Made by a program: the position numbers and the translations under genes. Shown piece after piece: positions 1 to 14,290 of a stretch of 64,000 nt of DNA. Source of the stretch: Raillietiella orientalis. Lineage: Eukaryota. Each line of letters opens with the position of its first letter. Within the stretch, counting starts at the first letter, position 1. The stretch spans positions 2,294,001 through 2,358,000 of the forward strand of contig JAYWIR010000005.1 of the NCBI GenBank assembly GCA_036172245.1. The letters are read 5' to 3'. Under the pieces are notes generated by a model that saw only the letters and a program-made list of their open reading frames with translations, searched no databases and was not told where the DNA came from.

Positions 1-3000
1 GCGCCGAGACATCTCCAGGCCATCGATGGGCATGCCCGCCGACTCCATCCGCTGCGGTGACGTCATCCACCCTTGAGGAGCGCGCTGTTGCTCTACGAAA
101 CGCTGGCTCCACGACCTCCAGTCTTTCGCCTTTCCCGCGAGGAGGTGGGTAGAAAAGGAAGAAAACAGTGAGGGCATCACATTGCCACACACCACTCTCC
201 CAGGTCACTCCCTGACCACCCTCTTCCTCTGGAGGAGCCTTTCGCTGCCTGCGAAGCCTTCGGAGCTCGAAGAACTGAGCGTTCCCGCAGCCCCCTCGCT
301 CCCGACAAAAACGCGGTCCACGAGCGGCTCCTCCAGTGGGACACCTCGCAGTCCTCAGAAGGGGACCGATTGACTCCAGAACAGCCCTCGACCCGTCCCG
401 TGCGGAGTGGCGCGACTGCCCAGGCAATCTACGCCATCTCTCCGAACCCACGCATCTCCATCACCGCTCACGTTCCAGGAAGCGAAGGGGAAGGGTTGGG
501 AGGCTCCGTCTCTTGAAGGTAAGGCTTCCAGGCGGTAGCCGCCTCTCACGAGCACTTGCACAGTCGCGATCCTCCTCCGGAAGAGCTCGGGGTCGCCCCA
601 CACAAGGGAAGTCCGGGGAGGAGCAAAAGAGCTGACTGGGACGAGAATCCTCCCCCCTCGTGCGCTGCTATGAAGGGCGGGTCCGCCACTCTGGCACCGC
701 CGAGGGATCTGCTACTCCACCCCGGGAAAACCTCCCGCAGCTCGCGGGTTCGCTCCAGCCGCCACCGAGAGATGTCGCGCGCGACCTTGGCACGAATGAA
801 ATCCCGGAGGCCACGTCCGCGACCGCGCGGACGAACCGCTGGCAGGCTGTCTGGACGCTGACGCACTGCTGCCTCGGGCGCGCGCCTGCGAACTCCCACA
901 GGAAGACCTCCCCCAGCGCAAACTGCGTCTTCCCGGGGAAACCCCCCGGAAGTCCCAGCTGGGAGTGTGCGCGCGAAATTCCGGAGGGGATAGGGAGAAC
1001 GGGTCAGCTGCCGTGTCGGGGCCGACTCGCAACTTCCCCCCGTCCGTTGAGCTGCGTGAGCGGGTAGGCACGCCCTTCGGGATCGGCGGACCGACCTGCG
1101 CTTGCCGACGCCGCTCTTCCGAAGTGCCGCCCTGGGCGCAGAGAAGCCGAAGGTAAGAGAGCTGTCGAAACGGGGTGGCGGCCGAAGGGATGCTGAAGCG
1201 GGATGGAACGGGGAGGAGGGCCCGCAACTTCCTGCAGGAGCTTGGTTGCCGGAATGTTCGCGAACGAGAAGCAAACTCTTCAGGCTGCAGAACAGGACAT
1301 CTCGGGAATGTCCTGGAAGGAATTCGGGGTCGGACTTCCCCCCTTAGGGAGAAGATATGGCTGCGGGGGAAAGGTGGAGGACTGGAAGGGCCGCTGGAGT
1401 CCATTCTTGAGCACGCGGAAGGCCCGAACGCCGAAGGGACGGAGTACCTCGACGACGGTCAGAGGCGATTTGGTAACTCTTGCACCTCTGCTCCCGCCAG
1501 TTTGAACGAGTGGAACTTGACTTACGGATGGTCCCTATGCACGAATTAGGGGCCGTTCTCGAAGGAAACTGGTCGCTCTTGGATGTCTGGAGTTTTCGGG
1601 AGGCCTGAAGCTGCCAAATGGAAGATCTCTGAAATCACTCCGAGAGAAAAACCGCGTTTGCAGCACGCACTGTACCCTGACCTGATGTCCTGCAGACCGA
1701 TCCTGATAATCCGATCACGCCTCCAACAGCCCACCACCGCCTCGAACCGTCCTCGGAATCTTGCTTCCTCGCTTTGACTGTAGACTCTCCGTGTTCTGGA
1801 ACGTTCGGAGGAACAGGAGAGGCTTCGTTCTGGCGACACGTCTTCCTGAGGGATTCCAGGGTCCCCGGCATCCCGGAAGATTGCGAGGAACGCCACCATC
1901 GGGAGGAAATTCTGGAGCAGGTATGCATGCTCTGGCATCGAACTGCGCGTGGAGAGCAAGGAATTTCACTTCGAGGATGTTCCTGCAGCAGCAAACTTTA
2001 CTCCAGAATACCTGCCAAGGTCGAGGCCAGAGACCTTCCTCCTGGTGGGTCTGCCAGGCTTTCTCCGCCTCCAGTGAGACTTCAGCAACAAGCAAGATGG
2101 CAAATGGTATTTTTAAAGTGGGTTAGGAGCGAGCTGAACCCTCGGGCAGCAGTTGGACGGAGGCCGCTTTTGTGAAGAGAAAACGAAGAGGATGGTGCCT
2201 GCCAGCTGATGGAAGACCAAGGGAGTAGCCAATGAGACGCAAGAATCACGGATGAAAAGTCCCTGGCGCGTTGGAAGCTTGAGCAGTTTGAGGAACCAAG
2301 CCATCCAGAACCGAGGGCCAACTTTTCCTGGAGCTGGGAAGCAAGCGTCCGCGCTCGGACATGACATCGTCGAAAGAGCTCTTTCCTCTGAGCGTTCCTC
2401 TTCGACCCATTTGCTTACCTAAAAAGGAAGTGCTAGTCCGATGTTGTCGCCATTGGAGACGAATTCGTAGCTGCGATGCAGAGTTTGGAAACAGCCTCGC
2501 ACCATCTTCTCACCTCTTGCGTTCCGCAGTGTCGGAAATGCAAGAAGCGAGCAAAAAACACAAAAAAGATACCTCATCACCTGAATTCTTCTCAGCTGAG
2601 ACTCTCCGCTCTTGAAGCCGGGATATCAGCTGCCGGACCGACTTGCGTTCCGTGCACCACCGTCGTGGCGCGAGTGCCCGGTCCACGTCACATCTTCCCC
2701 GGAGCGGACTTTTGCGTGAGCGGAACGTAGATCCACCCTTCCATGCGAGCCAAAGAAGCCTAGCGCTACGCTCAGCTTCCGTCCTCGAGCACCGCGAGGT
2801 TCTGATCCCGTTGTCCTCGGGCACTTGCTGTTCGCCGACTTCGCTGCCTCTCCGTTCGCGGACTCCCGCTCACCCGTAAAGCGCGCTCCTGAAACTCCCC
2901 AAAGGACTGAACGCTGGAAGTCGCCTCCGGGAGGAATCCCCGAACCTGCAGGACAATCTGTCCCCTCCTCCTTCTCGGTCTTCGTGGCAGCGGCTCATGC

Positions 3001-5120
3001 ACAGATGCCCGACACTCCCGCCCGTGAAAGCGTCCTTCCCTCCACTGTGGCGAGCCCGAAGGGGGAACACCGTGCGTGTGAATTTCGCGCAGCAGGCAGC
3101 AGGGATCGCAGGGAGCTGGGGCGGACGACTTGGATCCCCGAGAGCTCTTGGGATCCGCGCCGAGTGCGTTTCGCCCCCGGATGCACTCGCGTATTCTCAC
3201 GCTCCCGCGTCTCCCTCTTCACGAAGGACGGGACCCGGCCCGGAGCGCGGTCTGCCCGGCAGAACGTTTGCCTTCTGGCCCCAGCAGGAGCGGCGGGCGC
3301 TTCGTCGGTGCGTTCGCGTCGACTGCTGCCATAGCACGTCGAAGAGCAAGCGATCCGCTTAGCAACCGCTCGCTGCTCCAAGACATCTGCCGCCATGCAG
3401 CATCACCTGCCACGAAGAGCACATCCGCTGCACTCTTCGCGGCGATCCATTTTCGTGTCCACGACACCTCCCTCAGGAACATCCACGCACACCGCATGAC
3501 TGGATGAGCTGCGTCTGGACCCCCCATCGTACCCCACTTCGTCAGTGCTATTTTTACATGACTCCAGGCAGGCTGTAGATCGATCAGGCGGTCCCCTGCA
3601 AGAGGGCGACGACCAGGTCCTCCTGGAAGGAAGGGAGGGCGGCAAGGCTTTCGTGCACCACCGAACTTGTGCGCTGGTGAGCGCGACGGTCTGCGCCAGC
3701 TTCCTTCCCAAGAGGGCAGGGCCTCCCTCCTCCCGCGTCCCTCTTCTTCCGAGCGCGCCGAAAGCAGGGCGGCGACTCCACGAATTTGGCGGAAGAGACA
3801 GCGCGGCAACGGTCCATTAATCCCTCGACGAGTTCGAGTGGCCATCTCGATAACATATGGCGGATGCAAAACCGAGTATCGTTCGAAAATTAACCACACG
3901 CAAGCAATTTTCGCCCCCTTCCAGATCGCGGGACCTCTGCTGCGCCCACAGGTGTTTGATCGGAACGGCCAGCGCTGCTTTTTGAAGTGACGTTTGCCCC
4001 GAGGGTGGAAGGATGAGAGCGAGCGTGTGCGGTGCGTGTTTTCGCTTGCGCCTCTTTCCGCAGCACACGTGCAGGTGAGCACACGAGCGACCCCGAAAAC
4101 TCCACGCGAGTCTTCCTGCCACCCACTGCTCTGGATGGCAAGGGAGTGGCCCTGGCTCGGGTGAACGGAAGCTCCGGCGGGCGCTTGAGCAAAACCACCA
4201 TCCTGTGACGACTCGACTTCCAGAACGGGGTCAGAAGTGGGTGAAGTGAGTTGCAGACAAGCTGCAGGCACCGAGGGAGGAACATTTGTCGGACCCTCGC
4301 GGTTCCTCGGGTGGTGAGGGATCACCGTTTCCATGGACACTGCTTCGCAACTGTGGATTCGAGTCTCTTTAGCAAAATGCTTCGGTGTCCGTGGGGGTAG
4401 CAGAATCATTTCAGAACGGAATTCCTTGCATCAGGAGCTTCTTTTCGTCACCTGCCACGGAATTCCTGAAGCAGTTTCTGAAGCCACACCAGGTTTTCGA
4501 TCGGATTCCTCTGCTTTCGCTGCTTTCCTTCCGTTTTCTTTTCTTTTCTTTTTTTTCTGATTCGCAAAGTGCCGAAGAACCGTGCGACTCCTCAGGAAAG
4601 GTTCACAAAGCTCTTTTTAATACTGCTCCCGCCATTTGGGTATGAGCGTGTAACTCTTCAGGGTAGGGAGTACCCCGGGAGGGGACTACCCTACGACTCC
4701 AGGAAGATTGTGGAGGAAGGAGTCCGTTCCTCTTGCCCTGGGGAAGAGAACTCCGAAGGGAACCCGGAAGTGGTCCGATCCTAGAATTTCTCCTCCAGAG
4801 GGACCACCAGTGTAAAGGATTCACTTCTGTTGTCCCCACTGAAGAGAACCCCGAAGGGACGCTCCCAGATTTCTCTGGAAGGCGTTCCCTGAAGAGAGTA
4901 GCACACTTTGTACACTCCGAAGAAGCCACCCCGCGTAGTGGGCGTCAACCAGCTCCATGGTAACATCTTCATTTCCACAGCCGGAGAGGAAAATCCCGTG
5001 CTCCTTGTTTTTTCGAAGGACCTCAGAAGGTCGACTTCCAGTCCTCTCCAGTCAATGGGACGTCCGGCTTCCACCAGCGCCACACCCGAAGCCTACAGAT
5101 CAACTAGTGTCATCCTGAGG
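1..5120. pseudogene. GC-rich island of heavily decayed coding-like sequence, possibly fragments of the same beta-repeat protein family as 16.2-18.35 kb
   Basis: No long credible ORF. Scattered peptides resemble the repeat pattern: AEQDISGMSWKEF (+ ~1290), GTGEASFWRHVFL (+ ~1810), RITDEKSL (+ ~2245), VMRCAWMFLREVS (- ~3480), VGVNQLHGNIFIS..LVFSKDL (+ ~4940-5020). Confidence 0.25.
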
Positions 5121-5167
5121 GGGAAGGGGGGTGAGAGAGGAACTGGAAACCCACGCCGCACCCATTT

Positions 5168-5230
5168 CTCGAGTGGGATTCGAATCCGCGGAAGCTTGGT
5201 GCCATGCGGAGACCACAGCCACACGGACCG
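5168..5230 (-). other. tRNA-like / tRNA-SINE head remnant
   Basis: Minus strand GTCCGTGTGGCTGTGGTCT...GCGGATTCGAATCCCACTC has a B-box-like GGATTCGAATCC and a weak A-box. No clean cloverleaf. Confidence 0.3.
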
Positions 5231-8200
5231 TGTGATTGAGGATTCTTTAGATCATCCACCTTTACTCTCAGCTTCCCGGCTTTTTTATATCTGCACACGC
5301 TTTTTCAGGTGTCGATGTGGGGGATGCCCGGGTAAAGATGCATCCGATCGATGTATCGATTCCAACACGTGAGAGGATTCGGGTACTCAGCAAACTGATG
5401 CGAAGTTTATGGGACAAGACCTGCGAAGCGAGTGCTCTCAGCTTGAAGATTTCCATCTGAGGAAGATACCGCCTTGGGCATCAGCATGTCAAGATTGCGG
5501 AAGTCGTTGAGGATTGCAGGAGGTCGCCTTCGCTTTCAGCTGTCCGTAGGTCGAGAAGAGCGGCGAAGGAAATCCCCACTTCTCTCCTCGTGGCGTTCTC
5601 ATCGCTTACGGCGAGATGAGATTCAAGCCAAAGACCGCACTCCGTGCTTCTCGACCGCTCATGCGCAAGAACGATCCTCACTCACCCTGATGTTGTAGCA
5701 GCAGGCACGAGATGAGGAAGCATTCACTCGGTTCAGGTCATGACCCGTCTGCATGCCTCCAGAGGTGGACGTACAGAAAGACAGCCAATGAAAGAGTCAC
5801 CACCATCGTTCCTAATTCGTGAAACGCAAACGCAGCTTCGGGAACCGTCAGGATTGGCTGGAAACCTTCCCGGTTGAGGAGTGACCCCGGTATTCCATTT
5901 TGCCAAAGGGCAAACGTGTGCATTCGCAGTCCAGTTTCGCGAGGAAATTTCACGTTAGAAGCGCTCCCATTCGCCGAGCAGCTAGGGCGGATATGTAAGG
6001 TGTATGAACGCTGTGCATCGGTGCCCCCTCCCCTCCCTTTCCTTCCCTTCTGTTCGAAAAGAAACCGCACAGAGTTGCACTCTCAGGAAAGTTGCAGATT
6101 CCACAACGAGCGCGTGTTCTCTCGGAACATGATCGAACCCCGCCAGCGTTCGCAGCGACAAACGCGGCAACTGCGGTCGGTGCCACGGCAGGCAGAAAGT
6201 GCCGGTATTTCAGAGTCTGCGAGAGGTTTTGCGTGACACGAGAGCTGAGCCGGGCTTCGAGGAACAATAAAATCAACAGGTCTTTCGCCGCAAATCAGCG
6301 AAGAGATCTTAGGGAAAGGTCTGATCCGGAGCGAGTCCCGCGAAACTGTAACAAGCCCTCTCTGACCAGTTCGAAATTCAACCGGTCGGCTTCCCAGAGC
6401 TTCTGGAATCATTATAGCAAGCCTGTTGGAAGCAGCGAACAGCTCCAGGAATCACGATATGCAAAATGGACAGTCCTGGTGCATCCACGGTGGAACCGGC
6501 CTCCAGTTCAGCTTTCGGTTTGCATTTCTGAATTCCTTCCTTTAAGTGTCGCGTAGGCGGAGTATGTGAAACGCGTATGTACGTAGCCTGCGCGCGAACA
6601 GCGTGCACTGCTCACTGTGTACGTCGCATCATTATCGGTGCGGAGCATACTGTACCGTTTGATGTGCACCTCTTTGCTGTGCTGTGTGACGAGCGGAACC
6701 GGATTTCTTCTTCCTGAGCCCTTACATTGGTCACAACGAACTCTTGTGCTCATAGGACCCCTATTTCTGTGTTTAAGCAGCTGGGGAAAGACAGTAAAGC
6801 AGCAAATTACGGAACTTCAGGTAAAGCATCCGAAGTCAAACTTCCTGGAAAACTTCCACTTGAGGAAGTCTTTCGATCTATGAGCGAAACTGAAGGTGCT
6901 ATTTGTCGACAGGGGAAACAGTCGCTTTTCCTCCTCGAGAAAGCAGAACGCCTTATCTTTTCCCAACGAATACCATCGCGTGTCTATCGGTATATCGGTC
7001 GGTCGTCCCCCCGAGTCCTATGGTTGGGATACTTGCAATTCCTACTTCCTACGTTTTTCTGGTGCTCGAACTGAATGGTCGAAGTAGTTGAGATTCATGC
7101 AAAATTGCAACCGACTATGGACATTCAAGCAACGTAATGGGCCACCATCCAACTTGTATCGCCGCCGTGGATGCTGCAAAGGGAAGAATGGAAGCTGCAA
7201 CTCTCCTCGAGGTGATGACGTACATGGGGCAGACTTCGAGTGAAGGGACGCAAATAGCGGCTTTTCCTCTATGCATTGCACACGAAAACTGATTCAACGA
7301 GGGAAGGATTGCGTGTAGAAAACCGAACAAAGCACCAAATCGATGCAAGGAACCACAAAAGAGATATTTAGCTATCAACATCCCTTCGGGGAATTGAATT
7401 ACGGGGGTTTAAAACTCATTGCAAAACACACGACAGCATACCACTGGAACAACTGGATGGCTGTTTTGGATTTTCTCCTGATCTGCAGCAATGAACATGG
7501 GACGCATTCGCGTCATTCGCGCGACGTCCGCTTCCAGCGTATGTGCTGTGGATGGTTAGCTTCCTTCACATGATGAGTGCTTCTAGAATACACCGTCGGT
7601 AGCTTGCCGAGTACTCCAAAACAATTTTGAATAACAGCTATCCCTCTTCTTTTTGGTGTGCATAACCTTGCATCTAGAAATGCTCGTATTCCGAACAAAC
7701 CAGTGTACATGTGCGTTTGCTGACGTAGACACATCAAAATTGTTAAAGTATTTTAAATCCTTTTGGATGAGCACAACCGAGCAAATGTATGCGCACCTTG
7801 ATTTGTTCTTATCCTTTTTTGAGAAATTATCCTTTGGTGGAATCTTTGCGAGTAGGCATTGTGAATCTTTAGTTACACTGCACGAAACCATAGCAGAAAA
7901 ACCGTATTTATAATAACGATTAGAAGGCTCATCAGATCGAAGGAATGTGACCGTTCTCACGAATGAATTTGTTCCACCTGATAAAGACCATCCTGGGAAC
8001 TTGGACATCTACGAGCAGGGATCTTCACCAAACTAATGAAAAAATCAGGACGCATCCATTAACGAATCGAACAGATCAAACAACAAAAAATGCAGACAAA
8101 CAGTAATTTGTGCTAGATTTTTGTAACTCCAATTTTCCTGAATTCAAGAACTATGACCTTAGACAGGAAAAAGTGCATGTACACATAACAGAGCAGATGT

Positions 8201-11200
8201 AAACAGACACGCACCAGTAAAATCATGAGGCTAATGATGTGGCGGTACTTTCTCAGTGTGCTAAAATCCCTTGCTTACGTGTTTCGAGTGAAAGTAGTCT
8301 TTCGATCCTGGAAGACACGTTGTGGTTTCATCAGCAATCATCGCTGTGACAATGTTTAGCTTGCTCCCTTTAAGGAAGTCAAGAAATGCATCCCTTTCAT
8401 CATGGTTTTGCTAACATGACAGTACAGGTCCTTTAAAACAGAAACCAGATGGTTTCGGTATAGCAGAATTTTAAGGAAAGCACACGAAAGTCGGAATGCG
8501 GGTCTCAGCCTGTTTCTTGACTGGAAGTTACCGAATTGCATGGATATATCCGCTCCTTAGTTTATGACGCAGTTTCATTAAAAAAAAAGGCGAAGCCGAG
8601 TTCCACACTCTGTGGAAAGAAAGAAAGGACAAACGATTCGAACCTAAAGTATCTTAGCTAAGTAAAAAACAGAGAACAGATAGAAAGCAACATCTTTGAC
8701 ATCCTAGCTGAGTTACTGGTGTTTCCTTGCGTTAGCCTATAATTAAAGAATTCTGCACGAACATCCAGCATGGAATAGAGTTTAAGAATCGAGAAATATG
8801 CTTCCAGACTGAAGAACATGCAATTTTGGTTAAAAAGAAGCCAACGATGCTCAAGTCTACAATCAAGATTGGCAAATAAAAAAACATTAAAAAACCATCA
8901 TGTAAGCGTGAAACATGCACGCTAGAATAAGAGCAAAGCAAAAAAGGGTCCAAAGCAAAAACATGATCTTCTGCTAAGGCCATTAATGAAACCGAGACCT
9001 CGTTCACAAGAAGAGCAATCAATGACGATTGCTCAAAAGTTTCAGGCCTCGTTCTTACATGCGTTAAGAGCACATGTTGATTTGCATATGCTATTTGGCG
9101 CCGGTTTGCATATCATGAACGGAGAATGTGTGAGCAGAACACTAGGACCATGTCCTTAAAGAATAACCATGAACACCTTGAAAACCATCGTAGACGGATC
9201 GCTTTTAGAAGTGTGTAGCGTGTCACATTGCAATTAAAGCACCTGGATGACAAGAAGCCATTCACTGATGAAAACGACCACATTAACTGAACAAACAGTT
9301 TCTGGATATCTTTGGACTCACAAACAGCAAGCATGGTAGAAATGAAGCTCCGAACTCACCGCTGAAAGGATAGAACTTTGGATACTTATTAAGAAAACAT
9401 TGGAATGCAACGACTTTTCTGTATGAGCCTTTATAGGAATTCAAGTGAAAATACTCGAAGTTACATGGCATTACCGGTACACACAGGAACAATCTTGGCA
9501 GCAGCCAAAACTGTGCTAAAGATGATCACCAAATTAAAAGCTTATCACAAAATATATGAAGCTTGCAGAAACCGAAGAAGCGTTCATAGCCGAACTTCCA
9601 GGATGAAATGATTACGGCAGACAGTAGAAGAGATTTCAGTAAATGGATGAAGAATACAATGCTTTTATAATTCCCGATTTTATAAACTAAAACTTCAAAC
9701 ATTCTAACAGTGAAGCTTCTATTGAAGACTCCCATCGACTAGTTGTATGTGTATTCAGGTTTGGAATACGATGCCAATACAAAAACACTTCAAAAAGAAG
9801 CGCATCTCTCCAGTGATCCTCTGCAATCTTTTTCCCTGGGGTCCTATAAAAAAAACACAGAGCGCAGCAAACAAGCAACATGAACGCATGAATTGTTTGT
9901 ATTAGTTGTCGATGCTGTTATTCAATTAAAATAGATGTAAAATAAATTTCCTGCAGTATCAGGTGAAAAGACATACATTCTCTTTTGTTCACCTGTCCTC
10001 TGGGTCGCATGGTTCAGCCAAGAAATAACACTTTTTATTGCCTGATTCCTGAGCTAAAGATTCGAAAACTTGCACCTTTTCGAACTGTCAAAACTGAGTC
10101 TGAACGAAGTGCGTTATACGAGGCACTATCCAAACTCCAAGCATAAAGGCATTTCTTAGAATAAGCAACTGTTTGGGCTCTTTATCATGTAGAAAAAAAA
10201 CACACACTCAGACTTGGACCAGTTTCTTTACAGTACTACACTGTGAATCAGCAGTAACAACTGTTATGATGGTGATGCTGTTGACTAGAAAAAATCCATC
10301 CAATTACTTTATTAGACATCAGCAATAAGTGCAGACACTGTTCAGTAGTGATCTTTAAACAAAGTTATAGTGCATATGACTTGCATGACAACTTTACAGG
10401 ATTACGAACTTGTTCACGCTCATTATGCATGGAAAACCTCCATCTCAAGTTTTCATGAATTTCTAAAGCATATACAAAGACATGAAGGGATTCTGGATGC
10501 TGATGAGTCCAACACATGTACAGCCTGTCATGTAAACATTTAATTTTGAAGTGAAATGCATAGGAAAGAGAAGAGGAAGTTCGTAAAAATCACTGTGTTC
10601 AACAAAAATGCCAAAATCTTGAATAAACTGGAGAGGAAATTCTGTGGAGTTACAAGATAGATGTTCCATTTTCTACTTTTCGACTTTTCTTCGGTCTCTG
10701 GTGAAAATGCACATCTGAAGGACTCAATATGTATGTGTCCTATAGATGTGGTTTGAAAATCCAGTGTGCACAGAAGACAATTTTTCACAGAGCCGATTCA
10801 TATGTTCTCGAAACTGGAAATTAGTCCTACATGAAACTGTCCTACACTCCTAGACTCACACTACCAGCAACAGACCTACTTCACAGACCAGCAGATATTT
10901 TGTCAAAACTCAAAGAGGTTTGATCTGCAGAAAACAGGGTAAGTAGACCAATCACCAGCTCATGGAAAAATGCATTTCTCAAACTGCTGACCTTCAAGTC
11001 CTTAGTTGCACAGATACTGCAAAGAAATTATGAACTCATACATCAAGTTGGGCGATCACTCCTACGCTTTTATATCATGACAAAAGGGCACTTGCAATAG
11101 AAAGAACATGCTGTGTTGCACTGTCCAGCAGCCACACATGCTTATGATAAAAACAAAATGAGAGCATGGGCTACAACACCAAATCAGCGATTGCTTTCAC

Positions 11201-13498
11201 AGCTGATTTTCTACTGGATTTGCAATTTCCTGAAGTGTCCTGGCAAGAATCCAATGAAATTACCATGGACCTTTCAAGACACAGCTTCACAACACACACT
11301 TACTCAAAATGGGTATCATCTAGCTTCATAGCATCACTACACCATTAAAAGCCTTGGACACTGCACCAAAAGTGAAACAAATGTTCTATTCATCGATGTG
11401 ATAGTTTTACATTCAAACAACCTAATAATTAGAGAGTGAATGAAACCTGTTCTAGGCATATTGGGGAAGAGCAATGACCTTTATGATGCTTCCAGCAAAG
11501 CAGCAGAGTACTGAGTCTCATACTGAAGGAGATTTTAAATGCGACTTTGACCCAAATGCACTAAATAATGCAATCGCTAGTGCACCAAAAAAAAAAAAAA
11601 AAAGCAGATCTTCACCACTCATTACTATCAGTATGAATTTTCGAGTAGCATCATTGAACATGATGAATGAACATGAACATGCATGTTCCATGGATGTAAT
11701 CGCAATCTACTACGAATGACAATCAGCATTAACAGAATCATGTTCACACAGGGGTGTCTAAGGAACCTTCACAATGATTGATCCTTACAGTACTGACCAG
11801 GGCATAGACATCATAGCTGAAGACAAATAGCAGTTTCATGATTGAAAGTGCTCTCATAAAATTCAAAAACTATGTTGTTGAAATTTGTTTAACCTGCAGT
11901 GGTATGTTTGCTCATGTAGAATTTTGAAGTGCTCGCTTGCCATCATGATGAGTAATTCTTTAACACTTTAATCCTAACTTGGCAAAATAAGCACAGCATT
12001 AAAATCTTGAGAATGCTTGCTTCCAAATCCAGAACTTATCATACAGGAGTCCTTCTATTGGGAGATTCCACACACGCAATTTTTGAACCAGTTTGAAGTC
12101 ATCTTATCCATCAGGATGAAGAGTCAAGAAGGACAACTAAGGACTTTCAGCTCCAAGAAGCCTACAATTCAGGTTTTTCTGTGTATCACTTCATGCATCA
12201 AGTCACCAGTGTTCACAATCATAAGTGAACTACACAGACAAATTAGGAACCATTTTAAGCATTTCCATTTTAGGGTGCTAACTGAACCTCATTGGAAATA
12301 CAGATAGCAAAAGTTTCCATAAAATGTCTAAATCACATATTCTTTGTACACAATGTACACATGGAGTGTCTTGAAAATTGAAATTATGTATACCTAAAAT
12401 GGTTTTTCCATTTTAAGGTAATGCCTAGAAACAAATTTTTATTAGCTAAACTGAGTTGCATACATGTAAAGAACAGCAGAATACTAAATGTCAGAACAGC
12501 ACCTGCTACCTCCAAAAGACCCAAAATCTTATCAATACAAGAGTGAATAATCACATTTTTCAGGTAAAGTCAAGAAATAAGTTCCACTGAAATTCAAAAA
12601 ACAACACCACAGTTACATCCGCACACAGGAATCACTTCCACCTTCTTGGTACTTCTTGGAGTACCAAGAAGCATGAATATGATACACAAACCAGTACAAC
12701 CTGTATACCCTACATCAAGAAACTAAGCAACCAAACCGATTCCAAAAAGAACGCACTATTCACTGGAAATAACATGGCTTAACTTGAACAGCTCCTTAAA
12801 CATTTGGCTTCTACAATCAAATTTCTGCAAAAGTTGATTCCTCAGAGTGCAGATCAATAGTCTTCCTGCTTTATTACATCAATCGCATTTTTCTTGAACG
12901 CTGAATTCATTACTGGAAACTTGAAAGTACACAACCAAAGACAACATTTCAAAAATTAGCGGTTGTATTTCCCAAGAAAATGCGAAACAAGAAAAATGAT
13001 TCCGTAGGGATTGTTCAAATCAACTAAACACTTGGCTATAAACGGCAAATAGCAACACTATTGTGTTGCTCAACTATTGCTCGTCGTTTGATACAATTTT
13101 TTCAATACATGCCTCTTCCAATCTTCAGTTCTTTTCCACATCATGAAGATTTTGCTTAGCCTGCACAAATCAGAAACCTGCACGCAAACTGTCATTATTT
13201 TCATCATGTACTGATGCATTACCTGTTCTCATTACAGCAAAGGCACGCATCATTCTACACCTATATGCAAGTTATATCATTTTACGAAAATACCAAAGAT
13301 GTGCAAATTAAATATGAACAACGTTGCATGCAATCCTCTAGAAAGTTCAGATATATGAAATACGCTTCCGTCATTTTACATTCGACTATGCATTTAAAAT
13401 GAGCAATTCCATAGATTCATTCAATAATCAGCATACCAAGAATTATGAGTCGTTTGGCATTTCTGTCACAATGGAAAGCGTTAGTTCTATTATTTCAG

Positions 13499-14290
13499 CT
13501 CTGGAAGGGTAATGAAATGAAGCATTAAATTCGTATTTGACTTCAAGAAAACATCTGACTGAAATGGGCGATTATGCATATGCGACACTTCCGCGTCGAC
13601 CAGAACGTGATGGGTAGATTTACCCACAAATATCGAGAGCTCTGGACAAACCAGCAATCCCAGTGCTGGGGTTTGGTCACCAGAGGTAACATCCGAAAAG
13701 CAGTGAAGAAGAATCCCGACACGGACATCGCTCCGTCTGCGGCCGCCAGCAGCTATAGTTGCCGCCAAGTGAACCTGCTGGCGTCTGAAACCGCGGACTG
13801 GACGAACGATCCACCAGCGGACACTCAAGACGATCATCTGATGTTGGATCACGGAGGCATGCTGAGCGGCCCCGTGACGAGACCCTGGCCTTGCAACGCG
13901 CAAAACGAGATGTGACACGCCTGTGGCTCCAGGGAAACCCAACTCCACGCACTCAGCTGCCCGACGCTGCACGGGGACTGAACCAAGCTCAAGGTGGTGA
14001 CAGAATGATCGAGATGGAGGTCGTGGCAAGTGTGCTGGAAAGGAAACGCAGCGTTATTCCATACAACCCAAACGGTCTTCATCACCATCGCCCTCATTGT
14101 TTCGAGCATCGTGATGAGAAGGGAAACTGCGCCGACGGGAACGAGCAATTCTTTTCGCTGTGGAAATGCTGAAAAATTTCGTCAACAAAGACATTGGGAT
14201 CCGAATCTGTGGACGTATTCCCAGTTGGACGTACAGTGGTACTCCTGCGATGCATTCAGGAACATTGTCAAGTGAGTGAATTCCCCACAC
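13499..14290 (+). pseudogene. Decayed exon-like segment of an unidentified host gene
   Basis: GC step-up right after an acceptor-like TATTTCAG. One frame with a few stops runs into ORF 13574-13915 (MRHFRVDQNVMGRFTHKYRELWTN...). Confidence 0.3.

Noticed and set aside
5168..5230. Functional tRNA gene
   Set aside because: Only a B-box-like arm is recognisable; there is no acceptor or anticodon stem.
6500..13400. Short ORFs in the AT-rich region as genes
   Set aside because: No recognisable motifs; lengths are consistent with chance in intron-like DNA.
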